DNA of 32,000 nt from Erysipelothrix larvae. GTDB taxonomy: Bacteria > Bacillota_I > Bacilli_A > Erysipelotrichales > Erysipelotrichaceae. Below, piece after piece: positions 1 through 8,428 of the stretch. The position numbers were made by a program, and so were the translations under genes. The notes beneath the pieces were generated by a model. The model saw only the letters and a program-made list of their open reading frames with translations. It was not told the DNA's origin and ran no database searches. Within the stretch, counting starts at the first letter, position 1. Each line of letters begins with the position of its first letter. The stretch covers positions 210,001 to 242,000 of the forward strand of contig NZ_CP013213.1 of NCBI RefSeq assembly GCF_001545095.1, given 5' to 3'.

Positions 1-47
1 CATATTCGTTTATAACGTAAAGTAATTAGAGTATTAAGGAGAGATAT

Positions 48-605
48 ATGAATTTAGGTGAAAACTTACGTCAAGTACGTTTAGAAAAAAAATTGACACA
101 AGAGGATGTGTCAAAAGTAATGTTTGTAACAAGACAAACAATATCACGATGGGAACAAAACAAGACCATGCCCAATGTTTATGTCCTGGAGGAGCTGAGT
201 AGATTGTATGAAGTTCCAATAGATCGATTTTATGACAGTACTCGTGAAATGAGTGATACGAATAAAGAGGAGAAAGTTATGAAGAACATTAATTATTATG
301 CACTATTTGGAAGTTTATTTTTTAATATATTTTTATTTTCAGGCGTTGCAATCACTGTTGCTACACTCCTACTTTCCTATTGGCTTATTGTACTCACTTT
401 TATCGCATCACCGTTTATTTTATTGTTTGTTAATGTAACGGGAATGCAAGCATTTGATTGGGTAAATACCCTCTTTGCATTAATTGTATTTCCAATCGGA
501 TTGATAAATATACGAATTGCTAAAAAATTCACCGGATATATCATAGAAATGTTTATTAAGTACTGTAAATTCAATATGAAATCAGTGTTTAATACAAGTA
601 TATAA
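48..605 (+). CDS. XRE-family helix-turn-helix transcriptional regulator fused to a C-terminal multi-pass membrane domain
   Basis: The N-terminus LRQVRLEKKLTQEDVSKVMFVTRQTISRWEQNKTMPNVYVLEELSRLYEVPIDRFY is a classic Cro/C1 HTH. Residues ~85-165 form 3-4 hydrophobic helices. RBS AAGGAGAG lies 6 nt upstream of the ATG. Confidence 0.8.
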   Translation: MNLGENLRQVRLEKKLTQEDVSKVMFVTRQTISRWEQNKTMPNVYVLEELSRLYEVPIDRFYDSTREMSDTNKEEKVMKNINYYALFGSLFFNIFLFSGVAITVATLLLSYWLIVLTFIASPFILLFVNVTGMQAFDWVNTLFALIVFPIGLINIRIAKKFTGYIIEMFIKYCKFNMKSVFNTSI

Positions 606-942
606 AACAATAATATTGTGTCATAAAGTTTTCAAAAACTGCATAATGAAGGATTGGTCCATGCCTAAGTTTTATGCAATAGCGATACACAGTGTCTTAT
701 TGTTATGATGGATTTCAATTATTTCGCGGTCCTTTAAGGATAAATGTTTATTTCTGCCATAATGCTTCTTCTATTCATTAATGGGGAAGATGCTTAAACT
801 GTATACTCATAAAATAAAAATTATCCCCGCTCTATAGAGTAGAACTTCTTGAATGCTCAAATTCCACGAATTGTTGCAAAAATGAGATTTAGTTTTTCAT
901 TTCATTTAATTCAGTTTTGAAAAATTGTATTTCATAATATCG

Positions 943-971
943 TTGCAATTCATGCTATGATAATGTATAAT
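943..971 (+). promoter_or_regulatory. Sigma-A type promoter (TTGCAA - 17 nt - TATAAT) for the small ORF at 1015
   Basis: TTGCAA at 943-948 and TATAAT at 966-971 are separated by exactly 17 nt. The element sits ~45 nt upstream of the RBS/ATG of the 40-aa ORF. Confidence 0.55.
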
Positions 972-1014
972 AGACCTTGTCTAATTTACAATGAATCGTT
1001 TGGAGGTGTAGAAA

Positions 1015-1137
1015 ATGGCTAAAAATGATGTATCAACAGCTTATCGTCAATTGAAATCAAAGAATATCAAAACACGTAAACATGCGCTTCGTATTATCAA
1101 AGATCACAAACGCAAAGTTAAAGCTCTAGCTAAATAA
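1015..1137 (+). CDS. Small highly basic protein of 40 aa and unknown function (below the ORF-track cutoff)
   Basis: ATG at 1015 is preceded by GGAGGTG (1003-1009). Translation: MAKNDVSTAYRQLKSKNIKTRKHALRIIKDHKRKVKALAK. It has its own consensus promoter and an intrinsic terminator directly after the stop. Confidence 0.55.
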   Translation: MAKNDVSTAYRQLKSKNIKTRKHALRIIKDHKRKVKALAK

Positions 1138-1140
1138 GAA

Positions 1141-1168
1141 AACTGTCAGAAATGACAGTTTTTATTTT
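1141..1168. terminator. Bidirectional intrinsic terminator between the small ORF and the nitroreductase
   Basis: AACTGTCA-GAAA-TGACAGTT forms an 8-bp stem with a tetraloop. It is flanked by an A-run upstream and a T-run downstream, so it can act on both strands. Confidence 0.7.
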
Positions 1169-1911
1169 ACCAGAAGTCCTTGTTTTTCGAGGGTTTTTTT
1201 AAGCTTTAAACGCCCTTCGTTAACAGTTTGTTGAGATTTTGTCGCTTGCAGTGTAAAACTATCAATGCGGTTATTCATATCTCTTAAGTCATAGTACTCA
1301 GTAACAACAGCGTCATATGCTTGAAGGGCCTCATGATAATTATCAAGTATACAATATTTGTTTTCAAAGTGAATGAGCTCTTGTGGCAGTCTTGGTTTAA
1401 GTTGTGGCTGTTGGTCTGGATAGCCCACAACTAATCCAATAATTGGGAAGGTGAGCTTTGGGAGTTCAAGAATTTCAATAAGTTGCTGTGCATCATTGAG
1501 GATACTTCCTAAGATAACACCACCTAAACCCATACTTTCAGCTGCAACCATAACATTTTGACACGCTAAGAGGCAATCACTAAAACTGCTCAAGAATTTC
1601 GTGGTGGTTGACCCCATATCGCTGGTAACTCCAGCTTCTTTAGCGATTTGAAAATTTCTATAGTTATCAAGAATAAAAATAAAGAGATGACCATTTTCAC
1701 CAATATAATGTTACTTTCCTATGTCTGCAATCGCTTTTTTCTTCGCTTTATCCGTTACACTGATGATTGACATCCCTTGTAAGAACGAACTTGTTGATGT
1801 GTGTTGTGCGACATCCACCAAGGTGTTGATGGTGGCTTGATCCAACGCCGTGTCCTTAAATTTGCGAATGGTTTTATGATTGAGTTGTGTTTGAATTGTT
1901 TGATTCATCAT
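1162..1911 (-). pseudogene. NfsA/NfrA-type oxygen-insensitive NAD(P)H nitroreductase interrupted by a single in-frame TAA at codon 67
   Basis: ORFs 1711-1911 and 1162-1617 are in the same frame (750 nt in total). Read-through gives ...KKAIADIGK*HYIGENGHLFIFILDNYRNF... The N-terminus MMNQTIQTQLNHKTIRKFKD...AQHTSTSSFLQ matches my recollection of Bacillus NfrA, where Gln occupies the stop position. Confidence 0.75.
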
Positions 1912-2016
1912 AACCTTCCTTTCCTAAAATGTTTTACATAAAATATTATATCATGGGCATCAAGTACCTGCATATGGAATAAGTTTGATAAGATGAAGCT
2001 TGAGGAGTTGATGGTG

Positions 2017-2688
2017 ATGAAAATTGTAATATGGTCGGATTTTGTATGTCCGTTTTGCTATATCGGCAAACGAAATTTAGAATTGGCGTTGTTGAACTTA
2101 AATGCACAAGTAAGCGTCGAGATGAAGAGTTTTGAACTGGATCCATTTTATCGAAGAGATAAGATAGAGCACATCAATGAAATAGTTGCTAATAAATATG
2201 GGATTTCATTGGAACAAGCAGCGCAATCACAAAAGCAAATCGAAGAAATGGCACATCGCGTTGGATTGGAATATCATGCGGATACGATGATTCAAGGGAA
2301 TACACTGACGGCGCATCGTTTACTTCAAATGGCGAAAAAACATCAAAAGGGTACTGTTCTATTTGATGCATTCACAAAGGCAATTTTTGTAGATGGGTAT
2401 GACATTCAAGATGTGCATATCCTCAATCAATTATGGCTTAAAACTGGCTTGTCACAAGGCTTGTATGATGAAGCATTGAAAGAATCGTGGACTGAACGTT
2501 GTGTTCAAGAAGATGAGTATGAAGCACATATGAAGTCGATTCGAGGCGTTCCTTATTTTGAAATCGATGGGGTTGTTGTTCAAGGCGCTCAGCCTGTTGA
2601 AGTCTTTGAAGATGTGTTGAATAAAACACTACAAAATTATGATGCAGAAGCATATCAGTGTAAAGATGGTGTATGCATGATTGGGTAA
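2017..2688 (+). CDS. DsbA-family (FrnE-like) thiol-disulfide oxidoreductase, cytoplasmic
   Basis: MKIVIWSDFVCPFCYIGK carries the CPFC active site, and the C-terminal tail has CKDGVC (CX4C). There is no signal peptide. RBS GAGGAG at 2002-2007 favours ATG 2017 over the ORF-track start 1993. Confidence 0.85.
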   Translation: MKIVIWSDFVCPFCYIGKRNLELALLNLNAQVSVEMKSFELDPFYRRDKIEHINEIVANKYGISLEQAAQSQKQIEEMAHRVGLEYHADTMIQGNTLTAHRLLQMAKKHQKGTVLFDAFTKAIFVDGYDIQDVHILNQLWLKTGLSQGLYDEALKESWTERCVQEDEYEAHMKSIRGVPYFEIDGVVVQGAQPVEVFEDVLNKTLQNYDAEAYQCKDGVCMIG

Positions 2689-2712
2689 AAAAAAAGATGC
2701 GGATGCATCCTT

Positions 2713-3249
2713 TTACTCTTGGGCGCTAAGGCCAACAGATTCAATCGTTTCACGAAGTACACGTTGCAGGTATGCCCGTTCAGTGTCTGTCATAAGACGT
2801 TGTTGCGCGTTATGGGTTGGAAGTGTTCCAACATGTGCCGCGAGTGTTCCATCATCTCCAACAAAGATAACATACGGGACACCTTCGTATTGAGCACCTT
2901 CTTCAAACTGGGAACCAAACTCAGTAAGTTCGTTATTGAGCGCAAGTGTCCAGTTATTTCTATCACTCACATCAACGTAGTTTACATAAAGGTTTGCCTC
3001 TGAAACTACTTCTTGCAGTTCGGGAACAAGTTCACGACACCACGCACAAGTTGCATAGCCAAAGAAGTAAATACCCGGTTCTTTAGCAAGTAAGCTTGTC
3101 ATGATATCTTCATAGTTTCCGGTGATAAAATTGTGATCGGTTACCGTTAATAAATCATAATCAGACAAATCTGCCTTATTGGAGCTGTTAGCACAGCCTG
3201 TTAGCAATAGCGTGAAAACTAGAAAAAATGCTAAGATTTGTTTTTTCAT
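2713..3249 (-). CDS. Thioredoxin-fold lipoprotein (extracytoplasmic thiol-disulfide oxidoreductase)
   Basis: Signal peptide with lipobox MKKQILAFFLVFTLLLTGC. CxxC motif within YATCAWCRE. Confidence 0.8.
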   Translation of the reverse strand: MKKQILAFFLVFTLLLTGCANSSNKADLSDYDLLTVTDHNFITGNYEDIMTSLLAKEPGIYFFGYATCAWCRELVPELQEVVSEANLYVNYVDVSDRNNWTLALNNELTEFGSQFEEGAQYEGVPYVIFVGDDGTLAAHVGTLPTHNAQQRLMTDTERAYLQRVLRETIESVGLSAQE

Positions 3250-3331
3250 AGTGCCTCCTATTCATTGCATGTTATGATTATAGCGAAGTAAATTAAATCT
3301 TGCAAGTATCATACAAAGGGAGGATTTCAAA

Positions 3332-4120
3332 ATGTTACAGTGTCCGGTATGTAAAGATAAGCTCATGAATAAGGGGACACAATGGATTTGTGGTCAAGGT
3401 CATTCCTATGATTTATCACGAAAGAACACATTAAATCTCTTAATGTCACAAAAACGTAAGTCTAAGATACAAGGGGATGATAAAAAAATGGTTGATGCGC
3501 GGTCTCGCTTTTTAGATCAGGGTTATTATCGCGTATTATGCGAAGGGATTATTGAGCAAATACCACCCCATGTTACAAATATTGTTGATTTAGGGTGCGG
3601 AGAAGGATGGTATACGCAGCAAATACATCGCGCATTTCCGGTAGAAACAATTGGAATTGATATTTCGAAGACAGCTGTAGATAAAGCCTCACAGCGCAAC
3701 AAATCAATTACATGGGTGATTGGGTCAAGTTATGCAATATCGCTTTTAGATGACTCGGTAGATGTATGCTATTCAGTGTTTGCACCTTTTGATCCAAAAG
3801 AAGTTCAACGTATTTTGAAAGAGGGGGGAACTTTTATTCAAGTTGTTCCGGATGCCGATCATCTTTATGAGCTTAAAGAGCTTGTGTATGATGCGGTACG
3901 ATTGAATGATCCAGTCCCATATCTTCAAGAATTGAAGCTTGAAACAGAAAGAAAAATTGATGCAATGATTGAAATTGAGGGCAATCAAGCCCTATTGGAC
4001 TTGTTTTCAATGACACCTTATACCTACACAACACCTCAAAAATTTGTGAGCCGATTGCATGGTGTTGATAAATTGTGCGTAAGAATTGCGTGTTATGTGA
4101 GAAAATACACTAAAAATTGA
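3332..4120 (+). CDS. rlmA: 23S rRNA (guanine-N1)-methyltransferase RlmA/RrmA family
   Basis: N-terminal Zn-ribbon CPVC...ICGQGHSYDLSRKNTLNLL and SAM motif I VDLGCGEGWYT. It is colinear with E. coli RlmA as I recall it. Confidence 0.85.
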   Translation: MLQCPVCKDKLMNKGTQWICGQGHSYDLSRKNTLNLLMSQKRKSKIQGDDKKMVDARSRFLDQGYYRVLCEGIIEQIPPHVTNIVDLGCGEGWYTQQIHRAFPVETIGIDISKTAVDKASQRNKSITWVIGSSYAISLLDDSVDVCYSVFAPFDPKEVQRILKEGGTFIQVVPDADHLYELKELVYDAVRLNDPVPYLQELKLETERKIDAMIEIEGNQALLDLFSMTPYTYTTPQKFVSRLHGVDKLCVRIACYVRKYTKN

Positions 4121-4209
4121 GGTATTTATAACTTATAGGACAATATCGTTTAGAATTTGCCCTAAAACATGGTAAAATATAAGGTGTGGTTATGCTTAAG
4201 GAGGATATT

Positions 4210-5370
4210 ATGGAGAACAATAATCGAAATGATTTTACATGGGAAAGCTATTACTCAGTTAGCAACGAAAGAAAGTATGATTTAATTCATCGAGTACGTC
4301 GTTTAGACCCAGCAACTGGAGATGAGACTCTGGAAGAAATTAAAACTGAATGGGAGAGCTTGCGTTCAGAAAGTGATGATCCTGCCTTAGATGAGAAATT
4401 TCAAGCAGAATTGAGTCGTTATGAAACACGTAAAGGTCGTGTGGTTGATGCAGTTGAAGGAAAACGCGCATTAATTGAAGAAGCGAATAAAATTAAAGAT
4501 TCTGAGGAATTCCAAAAAACGGCAGATGCATTTAAAGAACTTCAAGCGAAATGGCGTGAACTCGGATTTGCTGGTAAAGAATTAAACGATAAGCTTTGGG
4601 AAGAATTCTCAAGCATTAATGATTATTTCTTTGAACGTCGTAATCAATTCTATGAAGAACAAAGTGCAAAACGCGAAGAGGCAAAAGATGTTAAGGAAAA
4701 ACTAATTCTTGAAGCTGAGAAATTGAAAGATTCAACAGAATGGCGTCAAACATCAACAAGAATGCGTGAATTAATGGATGCGTGGAAAGAAGCTGGGTTT
4801 GCAAGTAGAGAAGTTGAAAACAAACTTTGGGAACGTTTCAATGATGCACGTCAAACATTCTATAGAGCTCAAGAAGAGCACTTTGCAGGAATTCGTGAAG
4901 CTGAAAAAGTAGCACGTGAAGCAAAAGAAAAATTGATTGAAGAAACAGAAAGTCTTAAAGACTCAATGGACTTTGAAACAGTAAGAGCACGTTTTGATGA
5001 AATCATGGAAGAATGGAAAGCAATTGGACACAGTGGACGTCGTCATGAAGAAAAACTATGGGCACGTTTCCGCGAAGGTCGTGATGAATTCTATGAAAGA
5101 CTTTCATCAAGTCGTAATCAAACACGTGAAGAACGTCGTCAATCAGCATTTGATCGTATTGATGATGTAAATCATGCCATCGAATCCCTTGAATCAATGA
5201 ATGAAAAGATTGAAGCGAAAGTATCACAACTCGAATCAAGACCATCTCAAACTGAAGAAACAGTGACTGAGCTTGAAGAAACACGAGGATACTTAGAAGA
5301 AAACAATAAAAAACTTGACGATTTATACGATGAACTCAAGAAATTGAACGACGATATTGATCGAATTTAA
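4210..5370 (+). CDS. DUF349 repeat protein
   Basis: Three clear and one degenerate ~70-aa repeats of the form W(R/K)E.GF.....KLWE.F......F. RBS AAGGAGG at 4198-4204 favours ATG 4210 over the GTG at 4186. Confidence 0.8.
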   Translation: MENNNRNDFTWESYYSVSNERKYDLIHRVRRLDPATGDETLEEIKTEWESLRSESDDPALDEKFQAELSRYETRKGRVVDAVEGKRALIEEANKIKDSEEFQKTADAFKELQAKWRELGFAGKELNDKLWEEFSSINDYFFERRNQFYEEQSAKREEAKDVKEKLILEAEKLKDSTEWRQTSTRMRELMDAWKEAGFASREVENKLWERFNDARQTFYRAQEEHFAGIREAEKVAREAKEKLIEETESLKDSMDFETVRARFDEIMEEWKAIGHSGRRHEEKLWARFREGRDEFYERLSSSRNQTREERRQSAFDRIDDVNHAIESLESMNEKIEAKVSQLESRPSQTEETVTELEETRGYLEENNKKLDDLYDELKKLNDDIDRI

Positions 5371-5375
5371 GTCAT

Positions 5376-5401
5376 AAGCCTTCCATATGGAGGGCTTTTT
5401 C
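5376..5401 (+). terminator. Intrinsic terminator after the DUF349 gene
   Basis: AAGCCTTCC-ATAT-GGAGGGCTT stem (one G-U pair) followed by TTTTTC. Confidence 0.6.
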
Positions 5402-5464
5402 TTAAAATAATGATAAAATCACATTAATAAAACACATAGGTTTGATTTAATGGTAGGGTCTAAT

Positions 5465-6133
5465 ATGAAAAAGAAAATCTTAATAGTTGATGATGAACCG
5501 AATATCAGAGTGATGGTTCAAAAATATGGTGCGGTCTATGATTTCGACATCAGTGGCGTTGGCTCAGGTGTCGAAGCTTTAGAATACCTAAAAAACAATC
5601 CCTGTGATTGTGTGATCATGGATGTCATGATGCCACATATGGATGGGTATACCGCAGTGACCCATCTTCGAGAATTTAGTGATGTTCCAGTATTAATGTT
5701 GACCGCAAAGTCAGAACTCGAAGATCGGCTTACAGGTCTTCAATTGGGGATTGATGACTATGTTGTGAAACCTTTCTCACTAAAAGAATTAATGCTTCGT
5801 ATTCAAGCAATTCTTAATAGAGCTTCACATTTAGAAGAAGATCTGTATATATATAAAGGCCTTGTCCTCAACAACACACGTAGAGATTTGACCCTTGATG
5901 GTGAACTCGTTGAATTATCCTCTAAGGAATTTAATTTACTGTTGTATCTCATCAAGCATCGAGGTCATAGTGCAACACGAAATGGATGCATTGACAATGT
6001 GTGGGGTGAAGATTTCAATGGAGATGTTAGAACCTTGGATACACACATTAAGGTACTTAGACAAAAACTTAAACAGTATGGCATGTGCATCATTACTGAA
6101 CGAGGGGTGGGTTATCGATTTGAAGAAATTTAA
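5465..6133 (+). CDS. OmpR/PhoB-family response regulator
   Basis: Receiver domain KILIVDDEP...VIMDVMMPHMDG...LTAKS...DDYVVKPF. Winged-helix C-terminus ends GVGYRFEE. Confidence 0.9.
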   Translation: MKKKILIVDDEPNIRVMVQKYGAVYDFDISGVGSGVEALEYLKNNPCDCVIMDVMMPHMDGYTAVTHLREFSDVPVLMLTAKSELEDRLTGLQLGIDDYVVKPFSLKELMLRIQAILNRASHLEEDLYIYKGLVLNNTRRDLTLDGELVELSSKEFNLLLYLIKHRGHSATRNGCIDNVWGEDFNGDVRTLDTHIKVLRQKLKQYGMCIITERGVGYRFEEI

Positions 6134-7535
6134 GGATCAGCTCAGTATACGCTGGAATTTATTCAGTTATTTCTTGATTTTCCTTATTTTCTTACTTGGT
6201 TTGTTGTGGATATTTCAAGTTGGTTTCTTAGATTCATTTTATCGAAGCATTAAGAAACAAAATGTAGAAAGAACAGCAGCTCAGGTGATTCGAAATTATA
6301 AGGAAGACCAAGGGTTAGCGTCACTTGAACGCTTCGCAATTGAGAATGAGTTTCATATTCGCGTTGTGAGTAATCAAGGGATCCTAATCAGTGAGAGTGT
6401 TGGGGTACCAAGCATTTGGATTCAGGATATACTGAGTTCCCAATATCAACGCATCTATCTTGCAGCGTATCAAAATGGTGGGAGTGTCTATATTCAGATT
6501 AACACCACCACCCCCTATATTGGAGACAATAGCGAATACATTACGTATGTGTCCATTATGGATGATACAACCATGGTAGTGATTCAGGCTTTGATTGTCC
6601 CAGTAGATGCGACTGTATCGACACTGAAGATACAGTTATTTATTATCAGTGGCATCCTTGCACTCGCTGCATTAATCTTCTCGTGGTTTGTATCCCGGCA
6701 ATTATCAAACCCTTTGATTCTATTAAACCAAGAAGCAAAGCGTCTGGGCTCATCCCTTGAGATGCATCCCTTTGATGCGACAGGCTATCGAGAAGTCAAT
6801 GAACTATCACACACACTCAACGAAGCACATTTATCGCTGAAAGAAGTGGATACGATGCGAAAAGAATTGCTTGCAAATGTAAGTCATGATTTTAAAACGC
6901 CCTTAACCATGATTCAAGGCTATGGCGAACTCATTCGTGATATTCCCAGTGAAGATAACACTGAAAATGCACAAGTGATTGTTGATGAAGCACAACACTT
7001 AGGACGCCTTGTGGATGATTTACTGGATCTGTCTAGACTTCAAGATGGGATCGATACATTAAATCTTGAAACACTGTATATGGATAAAGTATTGGCAGAT
7101 GTCATGGGGCGTTATCAAAGTATTATTGGACTCAATCAAACGATCCAAATAGATGGTGTTGCACACTATTTGGTTAACGGTGATTCGGTTAAAATTCATC
7201 AAGTTCTTTATAATCTTGTCAATAATGCACTTCAGCACGGTGGAGATCATGTATCTGTAACGTTAAGGTGTACAAAAATCAAGGATCATGTCCGTGTAGA
7301 AGTCATTGATAATGGGCCTGGTATGGATGAAAGTGAATCGCAAAGAGTCTGGGAACGTTATGTCCGAAGCGAAACAAATCACATTCGAGAAAAAATTGGG
7401 TCAGGAATTGGCTTGTCAATCGTGAAACATGTGTTACAATTACACAAAGTTCCATTTGGTGTAAACAGCCAAGTGGGAGTAGGTTCAACCTTCTGGTTTG
7501 AACTTAACCTAGAGAAAGAGGAAACTCAAACATGA
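6120..7535 (+). CDS. Sensor histidine kinase (two TM helices, ~150-aa extracytoplasmic loop, HisKA + HATPase_c)
   Basis: H-box LANVSHDFKTPLT, N-box LVNNALQHG, G1 DNGPGM and G2 GSGIGLSIV. The likely start is TTG 6120 behind GAGGGGTGG. An alternative is ATG 6080. The ORF-track start 5895 lies deep inside the regulator gene. Confidence 0.85.
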   Translation: MKKFKDQLSIRWNLFSYFLIFLIFLLGLLWIFQVGFLDSFYRSIKKQNVERTAAQVIRNYKEDQGLASLERFAIENEFHIRVVSNQGILISESVGVPSIWIQDILSSQYQRIYLAAYQNGGSVYIQINTTTPYIGDNSEYITYVSIMDDTTMVVIQALIVPVDATVSTLKIQLFIISGILALAALIFSWFVSRQLSNPLILLNQEAKRLGSSLEMHPFDATGYREVNELSHTLNEAHLSLKEVDTMRKELLANVSHDFKTPLTMIQGYGELIRDIPSEDNTENAQVIVDEAQHLGRLVDDLLDLSRLQDGIDTLNLETLYMDKVLADVMGRYQSIIGLNQTIQIDGVAHYLVNGDSVKIHQVLYNLVNNALQHGGDHVSVTLRCTKIKDHVRVEVIDNGPGMDESESQRVWERYVRSETNHIREKIGSGIGLSIVKHVLQLHKVPFGVNSQVGVGSTFWFELNLEKEETQT

Positions 7536-8425
7536 AAAAACTAATCTTTGGACTCGTTTTAGTCCTACTATTAGCTGGATGTTCGCAAACAAATGTCGCC
7601 CCAGATGCGGTTTACACATTTAATGGTGAGACAGTCACAGCAGATGAATACTATGAGAAACTTGTGGACCTATATGGTGTTTCATATATGTATCAAATAC
7701 TTGAAAACCTCGTTGTGGGTGATCTAGTGTTAACAGATGAAGAAAAGAAGAATGCTCAAACGCAGTTTGATAGCATTATGGATTATTATTCAGATGAAGA
7801 AAGTAAAGCCTATTTGGACGCGATTGTACGATCTGCTGGATATACCGGTGGCATCGATGATCTTTTATTGTATATTGAAAATGGGATTCGTAAGCAAAAT
7901 CATATTGCATCGTATATTGATGCCAACTTTAATGACGAAGCATTCTTAGAAAAACTGAATCCAAGGCAAGTAAAACACGTGCTTGTGCTGTTTGACAGTG
8001 ATGGTGCTTTCACAACAGCAACCCAGCAGAAAATTGAAGAAATTGACCGTATATTCGCAACGGGTGATCCTGCAGAAATGGAAACTTTACTTGCGGACTT
8101 AATTGACGGAAAGACTGTAGTTTTTGAAAATCTAGGCTATACAGATGTAAACACAAGCTTTGAAGCTCCGTTTTTACAAGCAGCACTCGCACTTAACAAA
8201 GGTCAGCTAAGTGGATGGGTTCAAACGACATATGGTTACCACCGCATCTATGCGTATGGGGATTCATTTGAAGACTTCAAAGGGGATGCAGGCTACCAAG
8301 ATGCAGTGAAGACCTTTGACAGTTCAATAGAAAATAGAGCAATGTGGTCATTGCTTCAAGAAAAAGTGGAATTTACAGATGCGTTTGAAGCACAAATAAA
8401 AGCCCACTTGGAAATCGAGGATTAA
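7532..8425 (+). CDS. prsA: PrsA-like foldase lipoprotein (parvulin-type peptidyl-prolyl isomerase)
   Basis: Lipobox LLLAGC. Parvulin signature VKHVLVLF...GWVQTTYGYHRIYAYG retains both conserved His. The ATG overlaps the kinase stop (ATGA at 7532-7535). Confidence 0.75.
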   Translation: MKKLIFGLVLVLLLAGCSQTNVAPDAVYTFNGETVTADEYYEKLVDLYGVSYMYQILENLVVGDLVLTDEEKKNAQTQFDSIMDYYSDEESKAYLDAIVRSAGYTGGIDDLLLYIENGIRKQNHIASYIDANFNDEAFLEKLNPRQVKHVLVLFDSDGAFTTATQQKIEEIDRIFATGDPAEMETLLADLIDGKTVVFENLGYTDVNTSFEAPFLQAALALNKGQLSGWVQTTYGYHRIYAYGDSFEDFKGDAGYQDAVKTFDSSIENRAMWSLLQEKVEFTDAFEAQIKAHLEIED

Positions 8426-8428
8426 GCG

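Noticed and set aside
2681-3003. 70-aa and 94-aa plus-strand ORFs.
   Set aside because: They lie opposite the well-supported thioredoxin-fold lipoprotein gene. They are Cys/Arg-rich, nonsense-like sequence with no RBS.
5895-6119. 75-codon N-terminal extension of the histidine-kinase ORF (the track starts at 5895).
   Set aside because: It lies entirely inside the response-regulator gene in another frame and has no RBS. The first TM helix begins just after TTG 6120, which does have an upstream GAGGGGTGG.
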